A DNA stretch of 64,000 nt from the NCBI GenBank assembly GCA_963668715.1, contig OY764960.1, forward strand, positions 719,602-783,601. The letters are read 5' to 3'. Under the pieces are notes generated by a model. It saw only the letters and a list, made by a program, of their open reading frames with translations, had not been told where the DNA came from and made no database searches. Source of the DNA: Bacteroidales bacterium (GTDB taxonomy: Bacteria; Bacteroidota; Bacteroidia; Bacteroidales; VadinHA17). A program made the position numbers and the translations under genes. Positions 9,457 through 19,500 of this stretch are shown piece after piece; the stretch's first letter is position 1, and every line of letters starts with the position of its first letter.

Positions 9457-10326
9457 TTAGAATCTTACAGTGATATTCATCCCGACCAGGAATTCTCCGT
9501 CCCAGAAATCGTTTTTATTATAGACGAAGTTTCTTTGTCCCAGTATACCTTTATAATTGGCAAGGAACAACTGAAATGCATGGGTTGCCGTTCCTTTCTC
9601 CCATCCTATAACTATCTGGGGTAGCGTTCTTTCAAAATTATCAGTTCCGTCACCGTCGGGATCCGTATCAGGCGGTGTAAAAAGGTAATCGTATTCGAAA
9701 ATAATTGAGTGTGACGGAACAAAAGTGAATTTACCACCTGCATGCAGACCGAAATTAGCATTATCGTATCCTGTCTCAACGGCATTAAGGTAAATAAATG
9801 TCGGTGCCAGCTGTAACGAGATCGCCTCGGAAAATTTCCTTGCTACAATTATCTGATGAAAATATGATAATTTATGTATGAATTTAAAATTTTCCGCAGG
9901 TCCGAAATTATCATCCGACCTGGCTTCAACAGCCACATTTCCATAGTAGGTAACCGATACGGGTATGCGTCCCGACTCCGTCTGTTGCAGAATGGCATAT
10001 TTACCCTGTACATCCCAAAGGCTCAGGTCCTTTGTCGCCCCTCCCCCTACCATGATCCTGTCGGTAATTCCATAGTTCAGGCCCAGTCTGATATTTGAAG
10101 GAGAATAAATACCAAAGAGAGACTTTGAACCGTTGGTCACAAGCCCGAAGCGGTGATGTATCTCAAACTCCATCAAACCTTTAAAAGGAGTCATTACTGT
10201 TTGGTTATCACCCAGGATACTCGTCTCAAAAGTAAACATAACGGGATAATCCTCTTCCTCCTCCTGGGAGAACACAGGTAATGCAAGCAAAGCAAGTAAT
10301 AATAGTGAGAGTATTTTTTTCATCAT
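9457..10326 (-). CDS. Predicted outer-membrane beta-barrel protein (DUF5777-like, from memory)
   Basis: Signal peptide ending VFSQ, alternating amphipathic strands, C-terminal ..NITVRF aromatic terminus typical of OMPs, 289 aa. Confidence 0.55.
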   Translation of the reverse strand: MMKKILSLLLLALLALPVFSQEEEEDYPVMFTFETSILGDNQTVMTPFKGLMEFEIHHRFGLVTNGSKSLFGIYSPSNIRLGLNYGITDRIMVGGGATKDLSLWDVQGKYAILQQTESGRIPVSVTYYGNVAVEARSDDNFGPAENFKFIHKLSYFHQIIVARKFSEAISLQLAPTFIYLNAVETGYDNANFGLHAGGKFTFVPSHSIIFEYDYLFTPPDTDPDGDGTDNFERTLPQIVIGWEKGTATHAFQLFLANYKGILGQRNFVYNKNDFWDGEFLVGMNITVRF

Positions 10327-10348
10327 TGTCGGTTTTTGTTGTTAATTA

Positions 10349-10750
10349 TTAATTATCCGGTGCACCCTGATATATCCAGTCAAGTAAAGTTGTTCTGTCT
10401 TCCGTGCTCCAGGTCCCTCCATGACCAGGATCGTCAATTTTAACTATCACTGTACTTTCCACAGGACTTTCCATATTCAGATATCCTCCCTCAGTAAGTG
10501 ATTCATATGATTCCGATTCCTTCAGATTGGGCGAGATTGCTCCTCCGTGACAATCCGTGCAGTTATACGCAGGAAACAGCGGGGCAATATCCTGACCATA
10601 ATAAACCGTATCATATGGCTGGGTTATATCGGGTGGCACATAAACAGGCGGGTCATAATTATACTTCTCGCATGCAGTAAACCCGATTATGGCCGTAATC
10701 AGCATTGTAAAAAGAAAACCGGTCACGACCTTAATTTCTTTTATTCTCAT
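10349..10750 (-). CDS. Small monoheme c-type cytochrome lipoprotein
   Basis: Lipobox-like GFTAC after a hydrophobic signal, a single CTDCH motif, 133 aa, first gene of the operon. Confidence 0.65.
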   Translation of the reverse strand: MRIKEIKVVTGFLFTMLITAIIGFTACEKYNYDPPVYVPPDITQPYDTVYYGQDIAPLFPAYNCTDCHGGAISPNLKESESYESLTEGGYLNMESPVESTVIVKIDDPGHGGTWSTEDRTTLLDWIYQGAPDN

Positions 10751-10822
10751 CTTGCTTTTCAGATTAAAGAGTAAATTCAGTTTAGTAATATACTTCGTAA
10801 ATATATCTTATCTAAAGATGAG

Positions 10823-10838
10823 TGCATATGTGGAGCCG
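10823..10838 (-). promoter_or_regulatory. Candidate sigma-54 (-24/-12) promoter for the cytochrome operon
   Basis: The minus strand reads cGGCTCcacatATGCA against the consensus TGGCACG-N4-TTGCW. GG-N10-GC spacing is preserved, with mismatches at the other consensus positions. About 74 nt upstream of the ATG and directly downstream of an NtrC-type activator gene. Confidence 0.4.
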
Positions 10839-10883
10839 CAAATACATTTACATATATATAACTGATCTTTATGGCGTTTATAA

Positions 10884-10897
10884 TTGACATAAGTCAA
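10884..10897. promoter_or_regulatory. Perfect palindrome TTGAC-ATAA-GTCAA (candidate enhancer-binding-protein site)
   Basis: 14-bp dyad about 46-59 nt upstream of the candidate -24 element. A further attgacg half-site lies near 10930. Confidence 0.3.
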
Positions 10898-11030
10898 TGT
10901 TTTTGATATTATTTAACGTATTTATTGCACATTGACGTATTATAGAAGTACAGCCCCCGGCCATGTGTCCCGGTTGCCTGAGGTCGACAGGATCAACAAT
11001 GACAGTACAGGTTATTAACAGTAAGGACAA

Positions 11031-12416
11031 TTAGTCTATCTGCTTGTTATCATGTAACTTGGAATACAAAAGTCTCCTGTTTATTTTAAGGTATTCAGCT
11101 GTTTTTGTCTGATTGTTATCATTCAATGCAAGGGCTTCTTCAATGAGACGTCGCTCCAGTATCCTGATAGTCTCCCTGAATGAGTATCCTTTTTCAATAA
11201 AAGATAAGAGGGATATACAATCATCACCGGCAGAAATGTTCTGCAGAGGGAGCTTATTAATGCTCAACACCCCATTATTAGACGAGACTATTGCACTGTG
11301 TATGGTATTTTCGAGTTCCCTGATATTACCGGGCCATATATATTGATGGAGAATATTATATGTTTCTTCGGCAATGACAAGTTTTCTATCAGGGCTGTAT
11401 TTGGTTATGAAATGATCAAGCAACAGATTTATATCGTCTTTTCTCTCCCTTAGCGGAGGAATATTTATTTTAACCACACTTAACCTGTAATACAGGTCCT
11501 CCCGGAAATTACTATTTGTTGCACCCGGCTCCAGATCCCTGTTAGTAGAGGCTATTACTCTTACATTAACCCTTACAGGCTCAACGCCACCAACCCGGAA
11601 AAACGACTGGCCCTGGAGTATACGCAACAATCTTACCTGCAGGGATTGTGGCATATTATTTATCTCGTCGAGATATATTGTCCCTCCGTTGGCAATTTCG
11701 AAAAGTCCTTTTTTCCTGGCATCGGCTCCGGTAAAAGAGCCTTTTTCGTATCCGAAGATCTCACTCTCAAGGAGGGATTCCGATAAGGCGCCGCAATTAA
11801 TTTTCACATATGGCTTGTCTGCTAACAGGGAATGTCTCTGTATGGCGTCAGCAATAAGCTCCTTACCTGTTCCGCTTTCTCCATATATAAGCACTGTTGC
11901 ATCTGTCGGTGCCACCCGCCCGATAAGCTTAAATATCTCCTTCATTTTTACATCCTTACCAATAATGTAATCCGGAGGGTTCGGGCTGTTTGAATCATTT
12001 ACCAGGGAACGAAGGCTTTCTACCTCTTCAAGGAGGTTCTTATACTCACATGCCCTTTCAACAATCAAAATAAACTCATCAAGCTCAAAAGGCTTCTCCA
12101 GGTAATCGAACGCACCCAGCCTTATAGCCTTCATTGCATATTCACTTGTCCCGTAGGCGGTGAATATTATAACCTGAATAGTTGAAGAAATGGATTTCAT
12201 TTTTCCCAGCACCTGAAGTCCGTTCTCTCCCGGAAGATTAATATCCAGAATAACAAGCTGGGGCAAATACTTTTTGAACTCTCTGACAGCATCCGGACCA
12301 TTATCAGCCTCAATTGTCTTATACCCCAGGGATGTAAGAAGCTCAGATAGATTCTTCCTCATCGACTTTTCATCGTCTACTATAAGTACCCGGCAGGGAA
12401 AATGATCGTTTGTCAT
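11031..12416 (-). CDS. Sigma-54-dependent response regulator (NtrC family: REC + AAA+ + Fis-type HTH)
   Basis: Receiver (LILDINLPGENG), Walker A GESGTGKE, GAFTGA-variant GSFTGA, ELENTI arginine-finger region, C-terminal HTH (TKTAEYLKINRRLLYSKL). Confidence 0.92.
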   Translation of the reverse strand: MTNDHFPCRVLIVDDEKSMRKNLSELLTSLGYKTIEADNGPDAVREFKKYLPQLVILDINLPGENGLQVLGKMKSISSTIQVIIFTAYGTSEYAMKAIRLGAFDYLEKPFELDEFILIVERACEYKNLLEEVESLRSLVNDSNSPNPPDYIIGKDVKMKEIFKLIGRVAPTDATVLIYGESGTGKELIADAIQRHSLLADKPYVKINCGALSESLLESEIFGYEKGSFTGADARKKGLFEIANGGTIYLDEINNMPQSLQVRLLRILQGQSFFRVGGVEPVRVNVRVIASTNRDLEPGATNSNFREDLYYRLSVVKINIPPLRERKDDINLLLDHFITKYSPDRKLVIAEETYNILHQYIWPGNIRELENTIHSAIVSSNNGVLSINKLPLQNISAGDDCISLLSFIEKGYSFRETIRILERRLIEEALALNDNNQTKTAEYLKINRRLLYSKLHDNKQID

Positions 12417-12417
12417 A

Positions 12418-13941
12418 TTACTGAGTTAAAGGTAACCGAATTATACATCTCACACCACCCTCTTCATAATTGAAAATGGTTAGTTCGCCATTATGCGCTT
12501 TTATAATTTGTTCGGAGATACTAAGCCCCAAACCCACTCCTGATTTTTTAAGAGTAAAGAAAGGTACAAAAATTTCATCCAATGCTTCTTCAGGTATTCC
12601 TGATCCGGTATCTGTTATTTCGATAACTACAGATTCATTCACCGGATCATATTCTGATCTCACATTAATCATTCCTTTTTCATGTAATGACTCATATGCA
12701 TTATTAAGGATATTTATCAATACCTGTTTTAATGAATTCTCGTCAGCTTCAATAACAGGTATATCAGAAGACAGGTCACATTCAATAATAACATCTTTCC
12801 CTTTGTTTCCCAGGTCCATGAATCTGATTATCTCATCAAGCAAGGAACTGATATCTGTTTTCTTGATATTTTTTTCAATAGGGCGTGAAAAGATGAGCAG
12901 CCTGTTAACAAGTAAGGAAAGCCTGTTTATCTCATCATTAACCAGTTGCATCGAGTCCTCTGATATAAGTGATGCGGTATCAGGATGTTCTTCAAGTTTC
13001 TTCTGCCACATCTGTATCCTGGTCTTTATTATAGCAAGAGGAGTTCTTACTTCGTGAGCCACACCGGCAATTACCCTGCCCAAAGAGGCCATTTTTTCTT
13101 TCTGTACCAGTCTGCTCTCCAGTAGTTTCTTCTGCCTGTCTTCTTCTTCGATGGTGTCAAGCATCATATTGACATTAGAAGCAATATATTTAAATATACC
13201 CCACCTGTTCGTCAGTCTGAGCGAAGTATTCTGACCGGCTCTTTTAAGTTCGTTCCTTATGCCTCTGATCTCTCCGGCCCATACAGTCGAGATAGTCATT
13301 AATATGAGGAAGCCTCCGACAGCAAAAATGGCAATTATAGATACTATCTTCTTCATCTTTATTGCAGGGAGATCCCGCTCTATATGTATCCTGACCCATA
13401 CCGCACCAATAATCCTGGAATCATAGTATACAGGACGTGAAGCGAGGGGAAAAGTAGCCGGATCAAAAGAGTGCAGGCCAATTATAAGGGTGTCTTTTTC
13501 TATTGATCTGACGACCTGATCCCTGATAATATTATAAGACCTTGGAGGCGGACCGTATGCAGGTACCGGCGGAGGGGAAGTTGGAAAGGAATAACCGAAA
13601 AATTCATCCTGGGCAATCAGGTAATATGAAGCTTCCAGCCCCTGCCGCACCTTCATCTGTTCGGAAGTAACCATCCCGAGTCTGTTTTCAAGTAAGGTTC
13701 TTTCGCGGGATGTCAGGTCATCCTTGTCCAGGAGACCCGATTGCCCGAGCCGTTCTATTTCATCAGTTCCCGCATCATATAAACTGTTAAGGTAACTTTT
13801 GCAAACCTGCTGACTTTCTTCAACCAGCTTTACTTCCCATTTTGATAACGATATGTAGATAACAACAGTGACCAGTACAACAATAACGGTAAAGGTTATT
13901 GAGTAAAAGAATAATGAATCATATAGACGGTGTAACTTCAT
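12418..13941 (-). CDS. Sensor histidine kinase (two TM helices, periplasmic sensor domain, HisKA + HATPase)
   Basis: H-box AHEVRTPLA, N/G boxes (NILNNAYES, DTGSGI, GVGLGLSI), TM helices near residues 10-32 and 200-222. Its stop lies 1 nt from the regulator start. Confidence 0.9.
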   Translation of the reverse strand: MKLHRLYDSLFFYSITFTVIVVLVTVVIYISLSKWEVKLVEESQQVCKSYLNSLYDAGTDEIERLGQSGLLDKDDLTSRERTLLENRLGMVTSEQMKVRQGLEASYYLIAQDEFFGYSFPTSPPPVPAYGPPPRSYNIIRDQVVRSIEKDTLIIGLHSFDPATFPLASRPVYYDSRIIGAVWVRIHIERDLPAIKMKKIVSIIAIFAVGGFLILMTISTVWAGEIRGIRNELKRAGQNTSLRLTNRWGIFKYIASNVNMMLDTIEEEDRQKKLLESRLVQKEKMASLGRVIAGVAHEVRTPLAIIKTRIQMWQKKLEEHPDTASLISEDSMQLVNDEINRLSLLVNRLLIFSRPIEKNIKKTDISSLLDEIIRFMDLGNKGKDVIIECDLSSDIPVIEADENSLKQVLINILNNAYESLHEKGMINVRSEYDPVNESVVIEITDTGSGIPEEALDEIFVPFFTLKKSGVGLGLSISEQIIKAHNGELTIFNYEEGGVRCIIRLPLTQ

Positions 13942-13993
13942 GGCCCCGGGTACCGGAAAATGTAATTATAAAAACACGAATAATTAGTTTTAT

Positions 13994-14001
13994 CAAAGAT
14001 A
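13994..14001 (-). promoter_or_regulatory. Candidate -7 promoter element TATCTTTG (TAnnTTTG) upstream of the kinase gene
   Basis: Exact TAnnTTTG match on the minus strand, about 50 nt upstream of the kinase ATG, in the 74-nt gap after the racemase-like gene. Confidence 0.3.
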
Positions 14002-14015
14002 CATAACATACCTTA

Positions 14016-15008
14016 TTAAAAAATGTCAGGTATTATTCTGTAATTGAGAAGCGCCTTTGCCAGTGACGGTGACTCATTTTTAAAGATCTCAATCATTGAA
14101 TTTACATTGACAAGCTCAACCTTTGAAACAACAAGAAACGAGATATCCGTATGGGAATACCTGTTTTTGTTTTTATCATTAATTAATACATCTGCCATTA
14201 ACATATTGGGATTAAGCATATCTCTCAAATTATACCCTAAGTCTGCCATTGCCTTTCTCCACAGATCCTCCGAATATCCGAAATGACTGCAGTTAAGGCT
14301 TAAATACACCGGAAGAGAAGTATCATCAATATATGAAAGTGCTTCAGACAGGTAAAATGAAATAAGCATTTCTGTTTCCTCTCCTCCCGGATCCTGTTCA
14401 ATATATGACTGCAACTGGGGGCAGGCCTGTGTAATAATCCTTTCTTCCTCATAGTGCATATCCAGCAAAGCCTTCTTATGGTTATTTTCAGTAATTGTCG
14501 TTTCCGTACCAAGTATAATTACTTTTGAATTACTGTCCTTATCAAGGCTTTCCGCTATCATCTTTACCCCGGCATCCACAATTCCTATAACAGGAGGATT
14601 ATTTTTCTGTCTGACAAAACGGGTATCATTGATAAAAACGGATAAAGTATTACAGGCAACAAAAATGAGATCGGGATGATATTTTTGATTAATCCCGTTA
14701 AGGACATTATTAAAAACTTCTATTTTCTTATCTCTTGTTTGCAAAGCATTATATCCTGATTTTGCATCAAAAAGAGCATTCACAAATATCAGTTCGGCTT
14801 CTTTATAAGCTCTCAGATCCTCCAGCTTATCTGCAATACTGTTCAGGACGGATAACCCTCCGGTACCGGAATCTGTTACGACGATCCTGATCTTTTCCTT
14901 TTCATATAAGCTGTCCTGTTCTGTGTTTTGTTTATATATTATATCTCCTTTCACAACTGAGCAGGCAAACATTGACAATAACAGAAAACAAATAGGTCCT
15001 TTTTTCAT
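14016..15008 (-). CDS. Glutamate racemase-like protein (Asp/Glu racemase superfamily) with N-terminal lipoprotein-type signal
   Basis: DSGTGGLSV near the N-terminus. Both catalytic Cys contexts are retained (VACNTLS, LNCSHFG). The N-terminus MKKGPICFLLLSMFACS resembles a signal plus lipobox. An alternative start at M13 would remove it. Confidence 0.7.
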   Translation of the reverse strand: MKKGPICFLLLSMFACSVVKGDIIYKQNTEQDSLYEKEKIRIVVTDSGTGGLSVLNSIADKLEDLRAYKEAELIFVNALFDAKSGYNALQTRDKKIEVFNNVLNGINQKYHPDLIFVACNTLSVFINDTRFVRQKNNPPVIGIVDAGVKMIAESLDKDSNSKVIILGTETTITENNHKKALLDMHYEEERIITQACPQLQSYIEQDPGGEETEMLISFYLSEALSYIDDTSLPVYLSLNCSHFGYSEDLWRKAMADLGYNLRDMLNPNMLMADVLINDKNKNRYSHTDISFLVVSKVELVNVNSMIEIFKNESPSLAKALLNYRIIPDIF

Positions 15009-15115
15009 ATTATAAGCGCTGTTTTAAGGAACCAGGGGCCCCATTGCTGAAAACTCCAGCAATAACAGCCCCCGGTTTATTATTAATCAAATCCCATAAC
15101 GGATCTTTTGCTTTA

Positions 15116-16492
15116 TTATTCAAAGATCCATAAACGCTGAGTAAGATTGGTAACAGTAGGTACGTTAGCCCCGTTATACGATATTTCAGACTGAGGATAA
15201 GGAAAGCGTTGCGGTATTTCACCTGCCCCCGGCACGGGAGTCAGGTCTGGAAACCCTGTTCTCCTGTAATCTTCATAAGGCACCACGGTTGAATACATGG
15301 CAATATATTTCTGTCCCATTATCTTTTCAATTGAAATTGAGGTCCCGTCTTCTGTTCTGATATTAGCATCAAGCCATGCCTCATTATCGGAGCCATCAGT
15401 CACATAATCAACAGAAGATTCAACAGCAGCGATATAAGCATCAGTTGCATCATCAGCTGATCCGGAAGTTCTCAGGATACATTCCGCTTCAATAAATTTC
15501 ATCTCGGCATAAGAGCTGAATAATACCGGCGCTTCCGGCGTATCATTATAGTCACCAAGATCAGAAACATTTGCATCTTCTGAACCAGGTGTACTGCCTG
15601 TATATCCTCCTCCCGGCGCTTCATCGGCATAAAACGGTAATCTTGGGTCACTTACATCATTTAGCATGTCAATAAATGTTGAACACATAACTATATCGGC
15701 GCCCCATGCTGAAGTAGTATTATACTGATAGATCGGGTTAGCTTCGTTATTCTCTGTTCCGAAATCCACCTTGAATAAATCACCTTCTCCTAATCCGGAA
15801 GCAAGGTAACCCAGCGCTCCGGTATAATTATCCATATAAAGTGCATATCTGGCTCTTAAAGAATAAGCGGCTTTGATCCATTCGTCAACATCACCGTCAT
15901 AAATAAGGTCCCCTTCAACATCAAGTGAGCTTTCATCCGACTGCAGCTCTGTTATAGCTTCCTCCAGGAGGTCATCTATTGCAGTGTATATATTCTGCTG
16001 CGAATCGTATGCAGGAGTTAATTCGCCCTTACTGCCCATGAGAGCTTCAGTGTATGGCATATCTCCAAACAAGTTGGTCATGGTTCCCAGGCTCATGGCC
16101 AGGCATACTTTGGCAATCCCGCTATAATGAGGTTGTCCCTGTTCTTCTGCGTATTCAATAATACTTGCAGCATCCATCATGCCCTGGTAATACATTCTCC
16201 TCCAAAAATCATCCACATCAGTTGTTGCCAGGCCATAATTTGCTTCGCTGTTTGAGTTCCTGCTGACACCATTTATTTGTTGCATAAAGATAGCTGTTGT
16301 TTTAACAGCCCTGTTGCCTCCTATATGATATGCCAGCGATAGTTCCATTGATGTCACCATCAGTTCCATAGGCACTTCCGATGGTTTATCCGGGTCAATA
16401 TTAAGATCCGGATCAATCCACTTCTCACATCCTGTAAAAAACAGGCTGAACATTAGCACCACCGGTACAGTATATTTAATATATTTTTTCAT
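15116..16492 (-). CDS. SusD/RagB-family outer-membrane lipoprotein
   Basis: Lipoprotein signal (FSLFFTGCEKW), ~458 aa, immediately downstream of a SusC-type gene, helical-repeat-like composition. Start chosen at MKKYIKY. Confidence 0.8.
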   Translation of the reverse strand: MKKYIKYTVPVVLMFSLFFTGCEKWIDPDLNIDPDKPSEVPMELMVTSMELSLAYHIGGNRAVKTTAIFMQQINGVSRNSNSEANYGLATTDVDDFWRRMYYQGMMDAASIIEYAEEQGQPHYSGIAKVCLAMSLGTMTNLFGDMPYTEALMGSKGELTPAYDSQQNIYTAIDDLLEEAITELQSDESSLDVEGDLIYDGDVDEWIKAAYSLRARYALYMDNYTGALGYLASGLGEGDLFKVDFGTENNEANPIYQYNTTSAWGADIVMCSTFIDMLNDVSDPRLPFYADEAPGGGYTGSTPGSEDANVSDLGDYNDTPEAPVLFSSYAEMKFIEAECILRTSGSADDATDAYIAAVESSVDYVTDGSDNEAWLDANIRTEDGTSISIEKIMGQKYIAMYSTVVPYEDYRRTGFPDLTPVPGAGEIPQRFPYPQSEISYNGANVPTVTNLTQRLWIFE

Positions 16493-16522
16493 TTTTCTGA
16501 ATATTAAGTTCAACACAATCGT

Positions 16523-19500
16523 TTAGAATGACAGTTTGATGCCAAATAAATAGGTCTTGCATCCGGGACTGGCAAAATAATCGAAACCCTGTCCGTTTGA
16601 TGCGCCGTAAACATTAACTTCAGGATCACCGCCCATATAAGGAGTAATAATGAAAAGATTATTACCCGTAGCATACACTTCTAAGCCTGAAAGATGCAAT
16701 TTGGAAAGGATTGAACTACCAAATTTATATGATAGTGTTATCTCCCTCACCTTTATCCAACTGGCATCTTCGACTCCCTGGCTGGCTGCTCCTCCGCTAC
16801 TGAAGCTGTTTTCACCCCTGTACCAGTCCTGATCTTTTATCACTTCCATCGTGTTTTCAACACCTGATGATACCACATTACCATCAGCGTCGAGATGCCC
16901 AAGCACTCCCTCAAATACGGTAGGTGTTGTCCTGTCCAGTGTTTCCTCTGTCAAACCATGATAATTAAGTCTGAACCGTGTACCATTATATACTGAGCCC
17001 CCTTGTTTGATATTAACAAGAGTAGTAAGGCTTAATCCCTTAAATGATAGTATATTGTAATAGTTCATTGTCCAGTCGGGATTAACCTTTCCAAGGACAA
17101 CTGTTTTTGTTTTATCAGTCCAGGGGAAGCCATCGGGATGACTATCGGTAGGATCATCATTTATCAGAACATTACCATTTTCATCCCTGTACCAGTCGAA
17201 TCCGAATATACTGGGATAATCATAACCTACAGCAGCATTTATCTGTGCTTTGGTATCGCCGTTAAGAGTAACAAATTCAACATCTTCAGCCAGTGAAGTA
17301 ACAGGGTTTTCCATCTTCGTATAACTTAAAGTAAAGTCCCAGGTAAAATTACCTGTCTTTACCGGGGTTGCATTAAGGCTCAGTTCAATACCTTTACTTT
17401 CCATTGTGGCGGCATTAAGGTAAGCCGATGAATAACCTGTTGAGCCGGAAATCGGGACTTGCAGCAATAACTCGCTGTTCTCATTATAGAAATACGATAC
17501 ATCCAGTCCTATCCTGTTCATAAAAAAGCGCAGTTCGGTACCTATTTCAAAAGATGTTTGTTTTTCATGCTGAAGATCGGCATTCCCTATAACATTATCC
17601 ACGGTAAATCCGGAGTAACCTAAAAACGGGAACGTTATACCGGAAGTGTAATAATCATCAGGAGACGACACACTGTAATATGAAGTTGTCATGTAAGATC
17701 TGGCTATATTAGCCGTTTTGGCCCATGAAGCTCTTAACTTACCGAAGGTAAGGAAACTAAGATCTTTCAGAGCATCCAGTTCAGTAAATACAAAAGATCC
17801 GCTGAACGAAGGGAACATGGCATTCATACTGTTCTCAGGCATTGTTGTAGACCATTCATTACGCAGTGTAGCCCCTAAGTAAACCATGTTTTTATAGTCA
17901 ATACCCAAATCCCCGTATATAGCTGCCGTACGGTATTCGCTTGTACCCTGGCTGGCTGTCTGTGAACCTGTATTATCTATATTATACAATGTAGGCAATG
18001 ACAGGCCGACAGTAGATGCTGTAAGGTAATTATAGCTTTTCTGGAACATGTTCTGACCTATTATAAGGTTAAGCCCTAAGTCATCCCAAATATTTTTGTT
18101 AATGACAAGCATAACGTCTGAATTGAATATCGAGTGGAATTCTCTTCTTTCGGTAAGGTCTCCGTCTCTGTGCCCAACGCTGTTCCAGTTGTATATGGTA
18201 GCATAGCCTCTGTGGTACCAGTCAATACCAACATTATACTTGAATGTTAACCAGTCGGTCAGTTGCCAGTCGAGAAAAGTACTACCAACAAATCTGTTGT
18301 TTTTATCCAGTTTGCTTTGTTCATATGCTGTCCAGTAAGGATTATTATATGAACCATTGGCGCCCCTGTGGGTCCTTTGCCTTCCGTCTTCCAGTTTGTA
18401 GCCGGCAGCATTATCAAAAGTTGCAGGAGTACGGTACAATCCAAGAAGCCCTGAAGATGTTCCTCCTTCTCTTACCAGGTTGTTTCTTGTGTTGGCATAC
18501 ATAACATTAACGCCTGTCTTAATCTTATCTGTCAGTTTCGTATCAGCATTAAGTCTTACCGTTGTTCTGCCGAAAGTATTTGTCGGAATTATCCCTTCCT
18601 CTTCAAGATTACCTATCGAGAAAAAATATGATGAGTATTCATTTCCTGCTTCAATACTTACGTTATTGTTATAGCTGAGTCCTGTATGAAAAAAATCATA
18701 CTGATCATACCTGTTAACAGGTTCACCTGTAGCATTTGGATCATTCTCACTTACAATAGCACCGTCAACATCGAACTCAGGTTTGGTCCAGACAGATGGG
18801 TCGAGCGAGTAGCTACATGTATCAAGCCATGGTCCCCATGCAGCATCGTAACCTGACTGCCAGTTCCCATTCCTCCCCTGTCCGTATTCATTCTGCAGAG
18901 GTATCCGCCTACCCAACTGCTTAATCCCCAGTGATGAATGTATATTGACTTTCATCTTCTGGTTATTTGATCCTTTTTTTGTGGTTATCACAATAACACC
19001 ATTTGAAGCCTGCAAGCCATAAAGGGCAGTTGCAGCACCGCCTTTAAGCACTGTCATAGAGGCAATATCCTCGGGGTTAAGGTCAATACTCCTTGAAGAG
19101 GTATAAGTACCGGATTGTCCGGTGCTACCACGATAAGACTCATCAGTATCAATAGGCATACCGTCAATAACAAACAATGGCTGATTATTACCGGTAAGCG
19201 AAGCTGCTCCCCTGATGGTCATGTAAGTAGATGCGCCGGCAGCACTGGATGTACTGTTGACTTGCATTCCTGCAACTTTACCGGCCAGGGAATTGACAAT
19301 ATCGGCATTCCCCCTCCCTGATATTTCATCAGACTGTACCTCCTGAACATTATATCCAAGAGCTTTCCTGTCCCGGGTAATACCCAATGCTGTTACAACA
19401 ACATCCCCCAGTTCAACCGTTCCTGCATCCATAACAACATTAAGCACATTGCCGGTAATTATAACTTCTTTTGATTTCATCCCTACGAATGAAAATACAA

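Noticed and set aside
15010-15222. 70-aa ORF between susD and the racemase-like gene
   Set aside because: It overlaps the 3' end of susD in another frame, and its composition is not protein-like.
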